From a virus (lineage: Duplodnaviria; Caudoviricetes): DNA of 31,653 nucleotides. Shown in pieces: positions 28,391 to 31,653 of this stretch (position 1 is its first letter; the number at the start of each line of letters is the position of its first letter). The notes beneath the pieces are model-generated. The model did not search any database. It saw only the letters and a program-made list of their open reading frames with translations, and was not told the origin of the DNA. The position numbers were made by a program, and so were the translations under genes. The stretch covers positions 1-31,653 of the IMG/VR virus record IMGVR_UViG_3300042363_000622; one strand, given 5' to 3'.

Positions 28391-29161
28391 GTGTCGCTTC
28401 CTTTGATTGAATACGCTATTGTCGATAACAATATGGTTGTTATTAGATTTGGTAAGACCATAAAAATTTCTAGTCTTGCAAACGCTAACTTTGTAGTTCA
28501 GACAACCGACGCAACGCCTTCTAATTTGGCTAATCCATTTTTGCAAATAAATACAATTGCAGATTATAATCAAATTTCAAGAACACTAAAATTATATTGG
28601 GATACAGTTAGACAATCTGGTCAAGAATATAGAATTAGATTAATTAACTTTCTCGATGCTGCTAATGAGTCTATCACCGAAGAACAAATAGTTTTTTGCC
28701 AAGCAGAGTCAGCAACTCCATCTGAATTCAATTCTTATACAGCTCCTTTAATTCAAGAACTTCTAATAGAAGATCATTCTATTAGAACAGACGCTTTTAC
28801 GACTGTTCAAATCCTTGCTAAGAATCCAAGATTTTACATAACTAGTATTGATCCAGAAAATGGAGAATTCTATTTAGACAATGCGTATAATAATGGAAGA
28901 GTTATTATATCTTTTAGCTCTAGACCTGCAAGCAACTTTTTAAATAATTCATATTTTAAAGTTCAAAGAAAGAAAATTCAATTTCAGCCAACAAGATGGG
29001 AGAACTTGTCCACCAATGTCTCTATGCATTCTTGGAAACCAGAAGTTTACGTAGATTTCCCATCTCTTGACGCTACACCGTCATACTACTCAGATAGCAA
29101 AGATTATTTTGAAACAGGATACAAATACAGAATAATAGTTTCTAAAGATATAGGCATTTAA
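28391..29161 (+). CDS. Putative virion protein with two Ig-like beta-sandwich domains (256 aa)
   Basis: VVIRFGK...EYRIRL and ITSIDPENG...IISFS...YRIIVS patterns. Confidence 0.5.
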   Translation: MSLPLIEYAIVDNNMVVIRFGKTIKISSLANANFVVQTTDATPSNLANPFLQINTIADYNQISRTLKLYWDTVRQSGQEYRIRLINFLDAANESITEEQIVFCQAESATPSEFNSYTAPLIQELLIEDHSIRTDAFTTVQILAKNPRFYITSIDPENGEFYLDNAYNNGRVIISFSSRPASNFLNNSYFKVQRKKIQFQPTRWENLSTNVSMHSWKPEVYVDFPSLDATPSYYSDSKDYFETGYKYRIIVSKDIGI

Positions 29162-29162
29162 A

Positions 29163-29573
29163 GTGGCTAATTTTATATATGGAAAAGCAAAACAATCTTT
29201 ATTAAATGGTGAATTTAATATTTCTTCTGATTCTTTAAAAGTTCTTTTAGTTACAGACTCTTATGTTCCTAGTCAAAATACTGATCAGTTTGTTTCTAAC
29301 ATTTCTGGTTCTTATATAAAAGAAAGAACTTCTTCCTTAACGAATGTAACAAATATTTTGGGAGTAATAGACGCTGACGATGTAACTGTTGCACAATATA
29401 GTGGGTTAGCATTTAAGGCGTTAGTAATATATAAAGATTCTGGAACTGATTCAACTTCTAGACTTTTAGCATATATTGATACTGCAACCGGTATACCTTT
29501 TGCAGGTATTAATTCAGCAACAAACATTACTATAAACTGGAGCAATGGCTCAAATAAGATTATATCTTTATAA
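29163..29573 (+). CDS. Putative minor tail protein (136 aa)
   Basis: KVLLV...DADDVT...ALVIY...LLAYID...ITINW is a pattern common in phage tail regions. Confidence 0.6.
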   Translation: MANFIYGKAKQSLLNGEFNISSDSLKVLLVTDSYVPSQNTDQFVSNISGSYIKERTSSLTNVTNILGVIDADDVTVAQYSGLAFKALVIYKDSGTDSTSRLLAYIDTATGIPFAGINSATNITINWSNGSNKIISL

Positions 29574-29584
29574 AGGTACGCAAT

Positions 29585-29902
29585 ATGGCAACTAGTTATC
29601 CAAGTTCTCTAGACAATTTTATTAATCCTACAGCAACAGATAGTTTAAGTTCTGGAGTAGTTCCTCACGCAGAGCAACACGCCAACCTTAATGACGCACT
29701 AGAAGCAGTGCAAACTGTTCTTGGAATCCTTCCAGCTGGCAGTTTTTTAACAATTAAAGACAGAATTGCTGCGTCAGAAGCTCTAAACGGCATGAGTGAC
29801 GTTACTATTACATCTGTTGCAACAGGAAACGTGCTTAGATACAACGGCTCTAAGTGGGTCAATTATGCTGAAGCAAATTTAACCGACGGAGGAAATTGTT
29901 AA
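29585..29902 (+). CDS. Small fibre-related virion protein (105 aa)
   Basis: MATSYPSSLD N-terminus and an LNGMSDVTITS..GNVLRYNGSKWVN fibre repeat. Confidence 0.6.
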   Translation: MATSYPSSLDNFINPTATDSLSSGVVPHAEQHANLNDALEAVQTVLGILPAGSFLTIKDRIAASEALNGMSDVTITSVATGNVLRYNGSKWVNYAEANLTDGGNC

Positions 29903-29903
29903 A

Positions 29904-31653
29904 ATGGCTAATACAATCAGAATTAAAAGAAGGTCTAGCGCTGGAGCAGTTGGATCACCAGAAGGTCTTGCGAATGCAGAATTAGCATTTAATGAAGCTG
30001 ATGATACACTTTATTATGGCAAAGGAACTGGTGGTGCAGGTGGCACTGCAACCAGTGTTCTAGCTATTGCTGGCCCCGGTGCCTATGTAGGCCTTTCCGG
30101 TACACAAACAATTACTGGAAATAAAACTTTCTCAGGCACTTTAGATCTTGGTTCTTCTGCAACCGCAACAACAAAAACGGCTAACAACAACTCAACAGCA
30201 GTAGCAACTACTGCATATGTAGACTCAGCAGTTAGTTCAGCTTCAAGCAGCTTTACGGTAGACGCAGATGAGGGCAGTGATCTAACCATTACTGGTTCAG
30301 ACACTTTTAGAATAGCCGGTGGCACAGGCTTAACATCGGTGGCTTCTGCAACAGATATAATTACTTTAAACCTTGATAACACCGCAGTATCAGCAGGTTC
30401 ATTTGGTTCTGCCTCATCGGTTGGAACTTTCACAGTTGACGCTCAAGGTCGTTTGACCGCAGCTGGTTCAACAACAATAGAAATTGCACTTGGAACAAAT
30501 ACTTCAGGAAACTATGTAGCAACAATAACTGGTGGAACTGGTGTTACTTCTTCTGCAGCAACAACAGGCGAGGGAACAACTCACTCATTGTCTATTGGTC
30601 AAGATGTAGCAACCTCTGCAAGCGTAACATTTGCAGGACTTACGCTTAATAGCGGAAGCATGGTTTTTGAAGGTGCAACCGCTAATGATCATGAAACAAC
30701 CCTTGCTGTTACAGATCCAACCGCAGACCGCACAATTACGCTTCCAGATGCAACTGGTACAGTAGCGCTTACAAATAACAAGTTAGATGTTTTTGCAGCT
30801 ACTTCATCATCAGAACTTCGTACAGTGATCTCTGATGAGACTGGTACTGGCGGACTTGTTTTTGCTGATACTCCAACACTTATAACGCCAAACATCGGTG
30901 CTGCTACTGGTACATCTCTTGTTCTTTCAGGTGACTTAACAGTTAACGGTACAACCACTACAATTAACTCAACTACTGTGACTATTGACGACAAGAACCT
31001 TGAGCTTGGTTCAAGCGCCTCTCCAACAGACGCAGGTGCTGATGGTGGCGGTATCACTCTTAAGGGTGATACAGACAAGACCTTTAACTGGATTGATGCA
31101 ACTGACGCATGGACTTCATCTGAAAACATGAACCTTCTAACTGGTAAGTCATTCTTAATTGCAGGAACTTCTGTACTTAATGGCACGACTCTTGGTTCAG
31201 GAGTAACTGCATCAAGCCTTACCTCGGTTGGCACGATTGCGACTGGTGTATGGAATGGTACGGCAATAGCCATAGCTAACGGTGGAACCGGCTCTACAGA
31301 CGCTGGAGCAGCCCGTACGGCTCTTGGATTGGCAATTGGCACTGATGTACAGGCTTACAACTCTACACTCGCTGCAGTGGCTGGTGGAACGTATGCTGGC
31401 GATGATAGCATTACAACTATAGGAACTATTGCAGCTGGTACTTGGAATGGCACAGTAATTGGCTCAACTTATGGTGGAACCGGAGTAAATAATGGATCTA
31501 GCACCATTACTCTTGGTGGTAACCTTGTTACATCTGGCGCCCATGCTACTACGCTCACTACAACTGGCACTACAGGCGTAACTCTTCCAACAACTGGAAC
31601 TCTTGCTACTTTAGCTGGATCTGAAAGTCTTACAAATAAGACAATTGATTCTT
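29904..31653 (+). CDS. Tail fibre protein, truncated at the window end (not in the ORF track)
   Basis: MANTIRIKRRSSAGAVGSPEGLANAELAFNEADDTLYYGKG is an Mtd_N-like N-terminus. Gly/Thr/Ser/Ala-rich with GTW.GT.I...GGTG repeats; open to the window edge. Confidence 0.85.
   Translation, partial: MANTIRIKRRSSAGAVGSPEGLANAELAFNEADDTLYYGKGTGGAGGTATSVLAIAGPGAYVGLSGTQTITGNKTFSGTLDLGSSATATTKTANNNSTAVATTAYVDSAVSSASSSFTVDADEGSDLTITGSDTFRIAGGTGLTSVASATDIITLNLDNTAVSAGSFGSASSVGTFTVDAQGRLTAAGSTTIEIALGTNTSGNYVATITGGTGVTSSAATTGEGTTHSLSIGQDVATSASVTFAGLTLNSGSMVFEGATANDHETTLAVTDPTADRTITLPDATGTVALTNNKLDVFAATSSSELRTVISDETGTGGLVFADTPTLITPNIGAATGTSLVLSGDLTVNGTTTTINSTTVTIDDKNLELGSSASPTDAGADGGGITLKGDTDKTFNWIDATDAWTSSENMNLLTGKSFLIAGTSVLNGTTLGSGVTASSLTSVGTIATGVWNGTAIAIANGGTGSTDAGAARTALGLAIGTDVQAYNSTLAAVAGGTYAGDDSITTIGTIAAGTWNGTVIGSTYGGTGVNNGSSTITLGGNLVTSGAHATTLTTTGTTGVTLPTTGTLATLAGSESLTNKTIDS

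Noticed and set aside
618-31342. Antisense and alternate-frame ORFs in the track (e.g. 618..1022, 3863..4405, 4203..4628, 9641..10309, 27467..27811, 30689..31342)
   Set aside because: They are shadows of well-supported genes, with no SD or recognisable motifs.
1-31653. tRNA, rRNA, CRISPR array, integrase, transposase, intron or intein
   Set aside because: I saw no cloverleaf, regularly spaced repeats or relevant protein motifs by eye. TerL, RecA and the capsid protein have ordinary lengths. Atypical tRNAs cannot be fully excluded without a scan.
29904-31653. Diversity-generating retroelement suggested by the Mtd_N-like N-terminus
   Set aside because: This N-terminal module is widespread in fibre proteins, and no reverse transcriptase or TR/VR pair is present in the window.

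Overview
This window comes from a large, AT-rich tailed phage (Caudoviricetes); an actinobacterial host is a weak inference. Positions 1-1200 carry small minus-strand genes, each with its own terminator. Positions 1200-5550 hold short hypothetical genes, two Zn-finger-type or acidic micro-ORFs and recA. From 5584 to the end is a plus-strand late/morphogenesis region: a ClpB-like AAA+ ATPase, Gly/Ala/Met-rich putative internal virion proteins, a 1234-aa protein with a DEDD exonuclease domain, terminase, tail/fibre proteins, portal, a glycosyltransferase, protease-scaffold, decoration protein, major capsid protein and a tail fibre that runs off the end. The main observation is that six genes are split by a +1 frame change, and each split lies at an in-frame CGG codon (3433-3431 on the minus strand; 5863, 13058, 14156, 19380, 24798). 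Skipping one base (CGG-N read as GGN, Gly) restores a continuous protein in all six. My manual scan found no in-frame CGG in any intact gene I call. This points to codon-specific +1 recoding or quadruplet decoding of CGG(N) in late genes, but a systematic sequencing artefact has to be excluded first. A recurring (G)TTACTATA motif upstream of late operons is the likely late promoter.
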